Assembly (NCBI GenBank): GCA_032718475.1
Contig: JAUCBJ010002287.1
Span: forward strand, 1-49,959
Source: Nemertoderma westbladi
Lineage: Eukaryota; Animalia; Xenacoelomorpha
Direction of reading: 5' to 3'
Length of the DNA: 49,959 nt
A program made the position numbers and the translations under genes. Below, in pieces: positions 35,113 through 47,222 of the stretch; position 1 is the first letter of the stretch, and the number at the start of each line of letters is the position of its first letter. The notes under the pieces were generated by a model, which had not been told where the DNA came from, searched no databases, and worked only from the letters and a program-made list of their open reading frames with translations.

Positions 35113-36660
35113 CCCTATTAGTACCGGGCTATAAAATGTACAAATACCGGGGGGGGGGGGGGGGGGGGGTCATATTGAACCCCCCCTCTAAAATCTACAA
35201 ATATTTACGAAAACGGCTGATTTTTTGTTTGTTCGTAGGTATCACTTGTCTGGATCTGACCGAAAAAAAAATTTTTGAAAAAATGTACTGGGGTGGTTAT
35301 ATTGCAGCACCAAAATTACAAGTAGTGCACAATTTTCACAAAATTTGAAAGTGACATTTTCGGCTAATTATTGTTCAATACAGGTTTTCTGGGGTGCAGA
35401 ATACATTGTAAAATATTTAAAAATGATATGATTACTATAAATGGCTGTTTAGTCCTCTCTGCATAAGAAAAAAATGAAAAAAAACAAGTAACCAGCACTT
35501 TTCAGATAGAACACAAATTTTTTAATTCACTTATACGATGCTATAAATTCACATTTTCAGGTTTTCGAGGGCGCTGATTCTAATGGAATACATTTCTAAT
35601 ATGCCAGATCATTGCTACTTGTATTTTTCGGCGTAATTTGGCAAATTTTGGTGCTAGCACCAAATCTCGTACCCATCACCAAAAAGTACAAGTTTGCGAT
35701 GTTCAGTGCTGTTTTTATTGATTCCATCGGATTCAGGACCCTCATAAACCCGTATAACGCAAGAAACAAGGTGATACTATCTACTTATCAATTTGCATAT
35801 TTTCCAAAATTTGGTGCTGGCACAACAATTTTCACCCACCGGCGAAAAATACAAGTTTGAGAACTCTTATGAAATATTTACTGATTCCATTGAATTCAGA
35901 ACCACCACAAACCCGTATAACGCAAGAAACAAGGTGACACAATCAATTGATATATTTGATGGTTTTCAAAATTTGGTGCTAGCACCACATTTTGTACCCA
36001 CATCCGAAAAATACAAGTTTGAGATGTCTAGTTCGATAATTATATTTTCCATTGAATTCAGAACAGCCATAAACCTCTAAAACGCAAGAAATAAATTCTC
36101 ACAAGCAATTTTATCTATTGAATGGATTTTCAAAATTTCGTGCTAGCACCAAAATTTGCACACAGCACCGAAAAATACAAGTTTGATACGCTTGGTGCAA
36201 CTCGTATATATTTCATCGAATCCAGAACCCCAAAAAACCCTAATTGCGTAAAAAACAAGTTTCAAACAATCAATTTACAAAATTGACGATGGGTTCCAAA
36301 ATTTGGAACCCATCGAAAAAAACAAGTTTGAAATTTCTAAATCAATTTATATGAATTCCATCCAATTTCTAACACCAAAAAACCGGTGTAAATCAAAAAT
36401 AGCGATGTTACAATTCATATTTAATGAAATGTAATTTTCAAAAAACGTCTCAAAAAAAGTGCCAAAAGTAGGGTTAAAAAATGGTGCTATAACTCGAAAA
36501 GAACCCAACATTTTTGAAAACGGTTTTCACTACCATGAAGACAATAGATTTTTAGGAAAAGTCATAAAATTTCAGATTCCCAACTGCGTTTGTTTCAGAA
36601 TTATAATAAAAAAACCACGGGGGGGGGGGGGTCATATTGACCCCCCCGGGTTTAATAGGG
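35113..36660 (+). mobile_element. Non-autonomous piggyBac-type element, copy A (1548 bp)
   Basis: TTAA TSD at 35109-35112 and 36661-36664; ends CCCTATTA...TAATAGGG; subterminal GGGGTCATATTGA(A/C)CCC motifs at both ends; internal ~162-bp subrepeats. Confidence 0.92.
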
Positions 36661-37842
36661 TTAAAGGGTCGAGGCTTTAATAACTCTAAATTATTATTAA
36701 ATAAAAACTGTACTGTAAGCGTAGACTACCCACTGGGAGATTGCTTTAAATACGCGGTATTGGCCGCCGCGAATTATAAAAAAATTGATATAAAAAAAAT
36801 AATATTAGTAGAATATCAACATATAATCCTTTCTTAAACATGTTTGATTTTTTCACTTTAAGTTCTCCAGTGGATAGAGTAAGTGGTATTCCCCAGTTTC
36901 TGAAAGCAAACCCTTTATACTGTATAAACCTTTTATGTTGGAGTAATACAGAAGAACTGTCCATTCTAAGTTAACCAGATAGCGTGCACTGTTCCGGTAA
37001 AACTGTAATAAATTTACTATTTATCGAAGCCACAACCAAAAACCCCGCCCACTACGTAGCTATTACTAACTTGATAGATTAATAAATACAAAAGCTACTT
37101 CGATGGGTAACAAGAAGCACTGCGAATGCTGTCTCAGAGCCTTTTACACTGACAACTCGTTGGAAGAGCATCGAGAACGCTGTTATACAGGTAAACGACA
37201 ACTCGAGTATATGCCTGAAAATCTCCTGGTTAAATTTGATCGTTATGATAAGACTCTATCCCCACCTTTCTGTATATAGGCTGACATTGAAACTATTCTA
37301 GAACCTACAAACAATATTAAACTCCCCCAGAAACATATTAGCATATATAGCACATATTAGTATATACATACACATATAGCTAGCGCATCAGCCTTTTATA
37401 CAGTACCAAATCAGAAATTAATTAACCCCCCTAAAATAGATGTTCAAATTTTCCGTTGGCAGTAATCACGTAATGCGCGACTTTCTAACCGCTCTGGAAA
37501 GTCATTGTAGGGAGTTATACGATTGGTCCATTTATAGCACAAACACACATGCCCCTATGCAACTCACTAGTAGCCAACCAACTGACTTTAATAATGCTAC
37601 GCAATGCTACGTTTGCAACTGTAACTTAACCCCCGATTCTCATAATTTAAACCTCAATGAAAATCTCACTACCAAAGTCCGCGATAACTTTCACTACAAT
37701 GAAATAATTTTTATATTATATTTCATAACTTGAGAAAATTCGATATGCATTTACTGTTAAAAGAAGGAATGACAGATAGTTCTAGAACACACTGGAAAAT
37801 GATGGTAATAACAAAAAACACCGAAACTTATATTCACCTTAA

Positions 37843-39393
37843 CCCTATTAGTACCGGGCTATAAAATGTTGTACAAATACCGGGAGGGGGTCATATTGAC
37901 CCCCCCCTCTAAAATCTACAAATATTTACGAAAACGTCTGATTTTTTGTTTGTACGTAGGTATCACTTGTCTGGATCCGACCGAAAAAAAAATTTTCGAA
38001 AAAATGTACTGGGGTGGTTATATTGCAGCACCAAAATTACAAGTAGTGCACAATTTTCACCAAATTTGAAAGTTACATTTTCGGCTAATTATTTTTCAAT
38101 ACAGGTTTTCTGGGGTGTAAAATACATTGGAAAATATTAAAAAATGATATGATTACTATAAATGGCTGTTTAGTCCTCTCTGCGTAGGAAAAAAATGAAA
38201 AAAACAAGTAACCAGCACTTTTCAGTTAGAACACAAAATTTTTAAATCACTTATACGATGCTATAAATTCACATTTTCAGGTTTTCGAGGGCGCTGATTC
38301 TAATGGAATACATTTCTAATATGCTAGATCATTGCTACTTGTATTTTTCGGCGTAATTTGGCAAATTTTGGTGCTAGCACCAAATTTCGTACCCATCACC
38401 AAAAAGTACAAGTTTGCAATGTCCAGTGCAGTTTTTATTGATTCCATCGGATTCAGGACCCTCATAAACCCGTATAACGCAAGAAACAAGGTGATACTAT
38501 CTACTTATCAATTTGCATATTTTCCAAAATTTGGTGCTGGCACAACAATTTTCACCCACCGGCGAAAAATACAAGTTTGACAACTCTTATGAAATTTTTA
38601 CTGATTCCATTGAATTCAGAACCATCACAAACCTGTATAACGCAAGAAACAAGGTGACACAATCAATTGATATATTTGATGGTTTTCAAAATTTGGTGCT
38701 AGCACCACATTTTGCACCCACATCCGAAAAATACAAGTTTGAGATGTCTAGTTCGATAATTATATTTTCCATTGAATTCAGAACAGCCATAAACCTCTAA
38801 AACGCAAGAAATAAATTCTCACAAGTAATTTTATCTATTGAATGGATTTTCAAAATTTCGTGCTAGCACCAAAATTTGCACACAGCACCGAAAAATACAA
38901 GTTTGATACGCTTGGTGCAACTCGTATATATTTCTTCGAATCCAGAAACCCAAAAAACCCCAATTGCGAAAAAAACAAGTTTCAAACGATCAATTTACAA
39001 AATTGACTTATTTCAAAATTTGGTGCTGGCACCAAAATTTGGCACCCACCGAAAAAAACAAGTTTAAAATTTCTAAATCAATTTATATGAATTCCATCAA
39101 ATTTCTAACACCAAAATACCCGTGTAAATAAAAAATAGAGATGTTACAATTCATATTTAATGAAATGTAATTTTCAAAAAACGTCTCAAAAAAAGTGCCA
39201 AAAGTAGGGTTAAAAAATGGCGCTATAACTCGAAAAGTACCCAATATTTTTGAAAACGGTTTTCACTACTAGGAAGACAATAGATTTTTAGGAAAAGTCA
39301 TAAAATTTCAGATTCCCAACTGCATTTGTTTCAGAATTATAATAAAAAAACCACGGGAGGGGTCATATTGACCCCCCCCCGGGTTTAATAGGG
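37843..39393 (+). mobile_element. Non-autonomous piggyBac-type element, copy B (1551 bp)
   Basis: TTAA TSD at 37839-37842 and 39394-39397; highly similar to copy A along its whole length. Confidence 0.92.
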
Positions 39394-40053
39394 TTAAAGT
39401 TAGCTTTCCAATCGATCCAAGTACACCAACAGCCAACGCTAAAGAAAGTATCTCCATTAATTTTCTAGATTCCTTTCAATTTATGACTGCTAGCCTAGAT
39501 AATCTTAATAGTTATCTCACTGAAAATAATAGTAATCTAGCAACGGCAATACCCCATACACTAGCTCAAATGACCCAACTCTATCCCAATATTAGTGATA
39601 ACACAATAAAAAATAAATGTGTCTTCCCATACTCTTACATTCAAAATATATCAAACCTACATAAAACTACACTCCCCATAATAGAAAGCTTCTATAATGA
39701 TCTCAAATTGGAGTAATGCAGCGCAGACAACTATCAGCATGTGCTGACTACTTGGGATGAATTAAACAGCGCAACAATCTTAGACTATGATTGGCTATTT
39801 GGTTCTAGACGTTACCCTATTGGCAGATACTTTCGAGCAGTTCCGATCCCTCTGTCTTACTAATTATGGTCTCGAACCCGTAATGTACTTCACAGCTCGG
39901 GGTTTAACTTACGATGCGGCGCTGAAATTCATGGAATCAGAAATTCATTTATTATCAGACGCTTCCATCTACTTGGACTTTGAAACAAATATTAGGGGTG
40001 GTCTAGTGTTCTTGAATACGCACTCCATAGACGCAAATATTCCCAATAGACCC

Positions 40054-40320
40054 GGATAGTTCTAAATTAGGAAAACACTAGTAAAACGGTAAAACACTAG
40101 GAAAATATAAGAAAAGTACTGTAAAACACCCGGAAAACAGTGAAAATATTGATCAGCAGGAAATTTAACACATGTACTTCTCTGAATTGACAATCCTAAA
40201 TGTACTCCTCGCATAGCACCCCTTAAGTAATCACCGTAAAACATAGGGAAAACACTATAAAAACACTATAAACCTTCCGGAAAACAGTGAAAAAATTGAT
40301 CAACATTAAATTTTACCTAT
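40054..40320. mobile_element. Terminus of a TIR element (GGATAGT plus AAAACA subterminal repeats) truncating PolB
   Basis: Begins GGATAGT exactly where PolB similarity stops, followed by ~10-bp aaaacact/aaaacagt repeats; same design as the 30890 end. Confidence 0.45.
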
Positions 40321-40731
40321 ATGCTGCAAAAAAATAAATTGAAAGAGTCTAATACTGCCCAGAAAGCTTGTTGCCAGGCAACCAAAGAACTGTAACCAAT
40401 CAGCATACGGTGCAGTATCAGTACAGCAGTACTATCCTTGTTTTACCGGTCAGTCGGTAGAGGCGCAAAGTACCAGTATTGCTGTATTCTGGTAGGCCTA
40501 TTACCTGATTACAGATTACAGTATTAGTGCTGTAGTACATAGTTGTCATTATTCTAGAAACTGAACTAACTTCAGAAACTCATTTCTTTAGCAGTGATCT
40601 TCTTCTATATGTACATTACATCCATTGTAAAATCGGAAAGGGGCAGTAACTATTTTATTTCAGCTACCAAGACCCCTGTGAATACTTTGCTTTGTATTGT
40701 ATTATCTGTGGCATAATTAATTTTTTCATTA

Positions 40732-41968
40732 ATTCAATTCAATTTGTTCCTTTTGTATTCAATGTTTCAATGTTAAAATATAAAAACTTCTTCCCAATAA
40801 AGCCATTACTGTCTCTGCACTTATTAGTTTTCTTACGCAATAATGGACTCGAGGTGCTACAGATGTGAGGCTGCATCTCAATGTTACCTCAATGTCATCC
40901 TCCATTGCTACTGACTGGTGCAGCTACACTCTTCCCTACTCTAACAGTTGTCGATCCATTTTTATCGGTTACAGGTTGATTAACCACACTCTTCTTTCTC
41001 AATGATATCCTAGAAATAGAACTGTGATCACTTTTCTCAGGCACAGACCGAGAGAAAATAACCTTCCTAATTATTGTGAGTGCCGTCTATGGCACATGAG
41101 CAAGACTCATGTGCCATAGACGACACTCACAATACATACCAGCACCCATAAACCATTTCATGCATTCCATACATTTACCACTCCGTGTTCCACCTAATAC
41201 AGCCTCTCTTCTGATATCCATCATGCAAGTCCTTACAGTGTTCACCACTACCCTGCATAACCTTGGAACACCTACTACAGGTATTTTCAAGATTTCCACC
41301 TACCATACATTCTCTTTCCATTGCTCGCCTGCAACTCCCACAACAATCTCCATCACCCTCTTTACTCCTTGCACACTGTCCACATTTAGGCACTGTTACT
41401 TTAACACCTGCAGACTGACCCCCAACCATTGCTCGAAACTTCCGTTTCCTCACTCGCACCCAACTCTCTCTCTTTCATCTCTTACCTTAATACTCTCAAT
41501 TTCTGCCTTCATATCCATACTTCCTACTGCAACAACAGGTTCAACCATACACTTGTCCTCAGTTTCAACATTACCCACATTATCATTCTCATCAACTCCA
41601 TTGCCAACACACACACCCACATCACTAACATCCACAGTTCCAGCAACACTTGCAAAATTCTCACCTACTTCACAATCATCCATCACCCCATCTACACTCT
41701 CACCAACATCCATATCCACATCATCACCAACAACCTTGATATCAGTCCGAGCATATGATTCCTCAAGGCTAAACCTAAGATTAGAACTAGAAGAAATATT
41801 AGTAGATGAGTGGACAGTAGCAGCAGAAGGAGAAACAGTAATAGGACACATAGACATAGAAACTGTGACACATGCATAGGACAAGGACAATGAGGACAGT
41901 CCATATGGCTTCTTCTTACTGTAAAACTTATTACATTTAGAACAATGGAGTAATTTCCTAGGAGACAT
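40732..41968 (-). pseudogene. Decayed ORF of unknown, probably TE, origin
   Basis: Starts MSPRKLLHCSKCNKFY, followed by an acidic V/D-rich linker. The same frame continues about 400 codons with scattered stops; strong strand skew. Confidence 0.35.
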
Positions 41969-42699
41969 GTTATTAACAAGTGAACTAGTACAAACAGAAA
42001 CGAGAAATAGTTGAGAATAAAATGAGAGAAATAATAGTCAGAAAAGGTAGAATAAAGTTGATTAGTTAAAGTTGAATTGAGTTAATAGCCGTAAAATAAA
42101 ATAATAAAGTTGTAAAATAATGTACGATTTATATTTAGGACCTAGGATAGAATTATATTTATAGGAATTATGTTTAGGAAATTATATTTATATTAGGAAG
42201 AATCGAGCTAAATTAAATTAAAGTATGTTGATGAACAAGTAAACGTGATGATAACAACAACCTACTTACTACTTTATTTGCTTAGAGTGACTATAAAATT
42301 GTGGTAGGAAAAGAGCCAAACTGTAGTCTCTGGGCCATATTCTTAGTCCCATTTAGGCCTTCTTCTTAGTAGCATAAAGGCCATGTAAATAATATATGTA
42401 GCCCCATAGCCAATTTGCAGCTCATAAAACTCATAAAGAACCTTATATATTAAAAAAAAGAGAACACTGTATAATAATACTAACTATTAGAATCAAGGAA
42501 CTGTTCTTACCTGCACACAAGGTTTTGATCAGAATACATAGTTGTCTCCTGCTGGTTGAGAGTTGAAACCACATGCCGGATTTCTGTAGGTGTACTGTAC
42601 TTTTCGAATCGGGAAGTACAGCCAACCAGAGAGCTTGAAGCTTTGGTGACACAACTGCAAGTTGATGGCCTTGAGTGTCTGTAAAAACATTTAGAACAG

Positions 42700-43445
42700 A
42701 CAGCTTGTTAAGCCAGCTTTGTATACCAATGATAGTAATTTAGGGCGACCTGTTTCTGGCCTATGTATTTTAGTTAAGAAATATTTAGCTAAATATGTTA
42801 AGGTAATTAAAACGAATAACTACAGGCTTCAAGCACTTGTATTTTCTTTTCAGGATTCTAAGATGGTGCTTGTGAATAGTTATTTTCACGTAGATACCCG
42901 CCTGGTAGATGTAGTTTCTGATGATCTGTTATCTGTAGTAAACGATATTTCCACCATTATTGATTCGTCTTCGACAAATAATTTCGTGGTTGCTGGTGAT
43001 ATTAATACTGATTTCTTGTGACAAACAGCTTAAGTGAATTATGTTAATAATATTATTAGTACGTATTGCTTAAATATTCTGTGGGATTTATTTGATGTTG
43101 ATCATACATATTCGTGCATGTTGAATGACAACTTATATTTTTCTACCATTGATCATTTTCTTGTATCTAATTCATTTTTAAACTCATGTGTTGAAGCGGG
43201 TGTAGCTCATTGTGGCGCGAATTTATCCAATCATAGCCCGATATTTTTAAAGTTCTCTGTTAATGACTTAAATTGTTCTAATTCGGTCCCAATTCAGTCC
43301 AGTAAGGTTTGTTTTTCTCGCGCCACAGACGAACAGAAGTCTATTTTTAAAGAATATTTATCTCAGCGCGAAACGTCGCTGCGATGTTGTGATTGTAATA
43401 ATTTGTTTTGTGCAGACCAGTGCCATCATTGCGATATTGATAAAA
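42700..43445 (+). mobile_element. LINE apurinic-like endonuclease (APE) fragment
   Basis: GRPVSGLCILV, VNSYF, VAGDINTD, STIDHFLVS and LSNHSPI; one in-frame stop at 43019-43021. Confidence 0.85.
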
Positions 43446-43909
43446 ATGTTGGTGAAAGCTCGTGGGAGGTTGGCGAATGGTCATAGAGAATTGGTGAAGG
43501 TTTGCGGCGGCGGGAGGAGGGCAAATGGTGATAGAGGGTGGGTGAAGGTGGGCAAAGGTTCTGGGAGGGTGGGTGAGAATTCATGGGAGGTGAGAAAAGG
43601 GTTAAAGAAGGTGGGTGAAGTTCATGGAAGGTGGGCTAATATTCATGGAGGGTTGGGTATGTGGATGTGGATTGCGATATTGATAATTACACTGATTAAA
43701 TTTTAAATTTTGCACAAGAGTATCCAGTATAAAAATAAATAATAATAAATAAATAGGGAGAAATAAACTAAAACATGCTAGTTTGCATTTGTAAAATGTA
43801 CATGTTTAATTAAGTGGAGAATAAACTGACCTTGGGCTTGTGAATTTTCGGATGAACGAACTTTGGTCACAGAATGGACATAAAAATTAACTTGTTTTAA
43901 CAGTTATCC

Positions 43910-44095
43910 CATTACTGGTTGTGTATGTCACCACTACCTTGCAATTCCTCCAAATGCTGGATGACAGCATTATCAATTGTTACACCAGCAACAGCAGGCG
44001 TAGATGGTGCTGAAGGAAGACGTTTCAGAACTTCATTGCGGTTTAATGGATAGATACCTCAGGCACGAAACCCACTAATAAATAACATTCTGCTC
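43910..44095 (-). mobile_element. pogo/Tigger-type DDE transposase C-terminal remnant
   Basis: ISGFRA*GIYPLNRNEVLKRLP motif. Confidence 0.6.
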
Positions 44096-44454
44096 TTTGT
44101 TAGCCCTGAAAAGCCCGGGGGGGGGGGGGGGGGGGGGTTTAGATTCTATAGAGATGATCGATCAAGGGAACTTCAAATTCCATGTAAATTCCTCAAATTT
44201 ATCAGGGATATTATGAAAAAAACTAGAAGTTCACACGACCTGGAGTTTTCGAGATATAAGGAAGCTGTGACACCTATGTCAGCACTTTTCAGCACTGCAA
44301 TTTTACATTTCAGTTTCTTTGGGGTATCAATGGTGAAATAAATCATCAAAATTCGGTTATTTTGAACACCAAACCCATTGAAAACAATTATGGGTAAAAT
44401 TTGGTGTTGAAAATACGAGTTTGAGTTGTCTAGTTAGATAATTATTTAATCATA

Positions 44455-44760
44455 ACAAATCAGACCAAATCACAAACCAAAATCACACACCAAATCACAC
44501 ACCAAATCACAAACCAAATCACAAATTATAATCCCAAAACCAAATCACACCAAACCAAATCACACTGAATGATACCAAATCACACCAAATCACAAAAAAA
44601 AAATAAAAGTAAAGGCAGAAAGGAGCAGGTTAGAGGTTACAGTGGTAGCCAGAAGGACCCGAAACAATAAACGATTAGAAAAAAATAAAAATTATAATTT
44701 TTTGTATGATTTGGTATGATTTGTTGTTGTGATTTGGTAAATTTTGTGTAATTTGGGTGT
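44455..44760. repeat. CCAAATCACA-type short repeats with inverted counterparts (MITE-like); related inverted block at 47895-47960
   Basis: ccaaatcac repeats at 44465-44595, and gatttggt repeats at 44705-44760 and 47895-47960. aggagcaggtta at about 44621 is inverted at about 48172-48183. Confidence 0.45.
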
Positions 44761-44859
44761 TTAGTCTGTAGACGGACCGGTATTCAGTATTTAGTTCAGT
44801 ATTTAGTTAGGCCTAAAAATATTGTTATGTACAATGCACAATGTATTGTTATGTCTTAT

Positions 44860-45015
44860 TGTCAAGTACAATGCACACATCTCCAACCAGACACTATATA
44901 ACATTGGAGGTGTCTCATTGGTTCCCCCAAGCTTGACACTAGAACAAAATCGCCTCCGCTTTGCAGGACATTGCTTTCGCCATGAGGACCAGCCAGTGCA
45001 TAATCTTGTACTTTT
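44860..45015 (+). mobile_element. RTE-clade LINE fragment (same family as 22601-24505)
   Basis: Near-identical to 24136-24290 (KYNAHISNQTLYNIGG...RLRFAGHCFR). Confidence 0.88.
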
Positions 45016-45049
45016 CTACCCTCAACTGGCTCTAGCTGTTTATGATCTC

Positions 45050-45629
45050 CACAGCCAATAAATAACTTTTTCCGAATGGTCTTTGTGTATTGCAAATTCT
45101 ACATAAAACGAGATCTATTCCTGTCTCAAAAATACCAAAAATATACGTTAAATGAAATAAGAAACGTCCCATTTGCAATGGACTAATACATGAAAATACT
45201 ACTATAGCTGGTTTTTCATGTCGAGGGAGAGAACTTACAAATTTCTTTTGTAACTGACCTGAACCAATAGGAAGAAATACTTCATCTAGTAATTGCCTAG
45301 CAATCATATTCCCATTGTCAGCTTTATGGGTCAGAAATTCAATAGCTATAGGAATGCCAGTTGGCCTCAGTTTCCGTTGGCGTTCATTACCATCTAACCA
45401 AGGGCATTTTTTAAGCTTTAAATTACATATATGTCTTTTTCCTACCTATAATGCCAAAGTACTCAAAGAAAATTTCAAGGTTATCACATACCCTTAATCC
45501 AGGCGCTCTTATACTAAATTAAGTTATTGCTGTGGCAAGGCATTGTGAACAGGCATTCCTTGGCTTAACGAGCCTCGGAAGTTTCTCCCATTCAATTCAA
45601 TTTGTTCCTTTTGTATTCAATGTTTCAAT
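45050..45629 (-). pseudogene. Decayed coding fragment, possibly from a Helitron-like Rep/helicase protein
   Basis: Frame ...KLRPTGIPIAIEFL...KPAIVVFSCISPLQMGRFLFHLTYIFGIFETGIDL. The resemblance is from memory only and has not been verified. Confidence 0.3.
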
Positions 45630-46224
45630 TAATTAATTAATCAATATAGAATTTATGATATAAAAAAATAGAAATAAAATTTGTTTAAATTGGTCAAAAT
45701 AAAATAAAATAGTTCTAATTTAATCCTCAATTATGATAACTTTCCTCAAAAGATACAGCTTGTGGTCTGGTACACATATTCCAAGATTCAGCTTAAACTG
45801 ATTAAGTTTAATATTCCAAGATTCAGCTTACACTGATTAAGTTTATTAAGTATTGAAGTAGAACCTTGAAAACCAATAATTAATAATTATATTTATTCAT
45901 TATCAAGCACATTAAGTAAAAAACCTTACCAGTAGGTGTGTTAGTACCAAAACATGTAAAAATCTAAAAGGCAACAGGACCTAGACGTTGCATGCAATCA
46001 GTGATCAGCTGACAGCAGCCAGCTGATCGGTAGGTTTCGCCCCATAGCTGGCCAAGCCAGGAAATGTAGAGGGAAATTCACAAAGGGAGACAGAACGAGT
46101 ATTGAATGAAGAGAGACGTGAGAGGTCTGTAGGTAACTAGCCACTGGGAAGCAGCACCACAAACCTATGCCAATAATGTAGTAGTAATTGTAGTAGAAGT
46201 AATTTACTTACTTTACTTTACTTT

Positions 46225-46700
46225 CTGCTTGTTGTTAATGGGCTTGTGTGTTTCAATGTTATACATTTCAAACTTTTGCAAGACTGGCCGCAATGCAATG
46301 GGTGTCTAGCAATTACTTTGAAATGTTTAAACAATTAATGCCAGTCAGTCAGCCAATGTGTATTGGGTTCGCCATGGTGAGTCATGATGTGGCTGTGCAC
46401 AGTCTTACCCTGTTCGCTCCCATCCTTGGTAGTCCCATCCTGGTGTTGTCTAACGCGTTCAAACAAGTGTTGGATGGTGTGTCCAACATATTCCCCCTTA
46501 CAAGAGGGACAAGAGAAAGAGTAAACGACATTAGATGCAAGGATATCTGGGACAGGATATTTTAGAGATGGGAGTGACTGGTGTAGTGAAAACGAACCGC
46601 ACTGGCCATGTGCAAGGACCTGCGTTTAAGTCCACGCAACTTTCGAACAAACAGATTGGTTGCCCGACCTCGTTACTCAAACTTACAGAAAATGGGCTTT
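46225..46700 (-). mobile_element. Penelope-like element, GIY-YIG endonuclease fragment
   Basis: Manual translation gives LPSLKYPVPDILASNVVYSFSCPSCKGEYVGHTIQHLFERVRQH...VHSH, the PLE GIY-YIG signature with CxxC. Confidence 0.85.
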
Positions 46701-47090
46701 TGAGTCACCAGCAGCTGCCTGGTCCACCAGGTCACTGACCTCAGTGGGGACAACTGTTGGTGTCTTGCCCCCAGAACCACAACTTGCATGCCCCCTAGCG
46801 GCTTGAACTACGGCAAGCTCGAGCTCAACCTCAGCATCAGTATATTGGTCAAATCAAATCAGGGGACTTGGATTTTTTTCACTCAGGAAGAACTCCAAAC
46901 CCCAGTAAATCGATTTCAACTGTAGAGACTACGAAGTAGGTTTGCTGTAGTAAGTCAATGATTAGGGTGAAATTTGGCAAATTTTGCAAAATTTTTATGG
47001 CCATGAGGTTGGGGTAAATTCGTATGAAAATCCAAATTTCCCATTTTGTGTTTGTTTCCAACCTATTTACATTACATATTTGCATCTTCC

Positions 47091-47222
47091 TTAACTTTTA
47101 TCAAAAATACAAAATATCTGGTATTATCTAAAATAGCATTTCCATCTACAAATTCTTTAACTTTTATCAAAAATACAAAATATCTGGTATTATCTAAAAT
47201 AGCATTTCCATCTACAAATTCT
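47091..47222. repeat. Perfect 66-bp tandem duplication
   Basis: ttaacttttatcaaaaat...tctacaaattct at 47091 and 47157. Confidence 0.92.

Larger units (their letters stand above)
34284..40053 (+). pseudogene. Polinton/Maverick (adintovirus-type) protein-primed DNA polymerase B, decayed, twice interrupted and 3'-truncated
   Basis: N-terminal C2H2 (CPICDK...HLSRHIKTH), QVGAG, GSGW, DCFKYAVLAA, HYVAI, Exo I *ADIE, CYVC...KVRD, Exo II FHNLRKFDMHLL, FLDSFQFMTASLDNL, VFPYSY, YLVLDVTLLADTFEQFR and IRGG. Removing each TTAA insertion restores the frame (SYL|KGRG and YIHL|KVSF). Confidence 0.9.

Noticed and set aside
37700-37838. Foreign insert next to copy B
   Set aside because: It translates as PolB Exo II (FHNLRKFDMHLL...), so it belongs to the polymerase.
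35612-39067. Duplicated ORFs of 60-95 aa
   Set aside because: They lie within the two copies of the non-coding piggyBac-type element and show no protein motifs.
40054-40437. Complete small element GGATAGT...ACTATCC
   Set aside because: No TSD, no mirrored subterminal repeats, and PolB does not resume afterwards.
41109-41879. 256-aa Ser/Thr-rich mucin-like ORF on the + strand
   Set aside because: Non-ATG start; it is the antisense shadow of a G/T-skewed minus-strand relic.
43450-43700. Gly/Lys/Val-rich ORF
   Set aside because: Purine-rich low-complexity sequence with no domain evidence.
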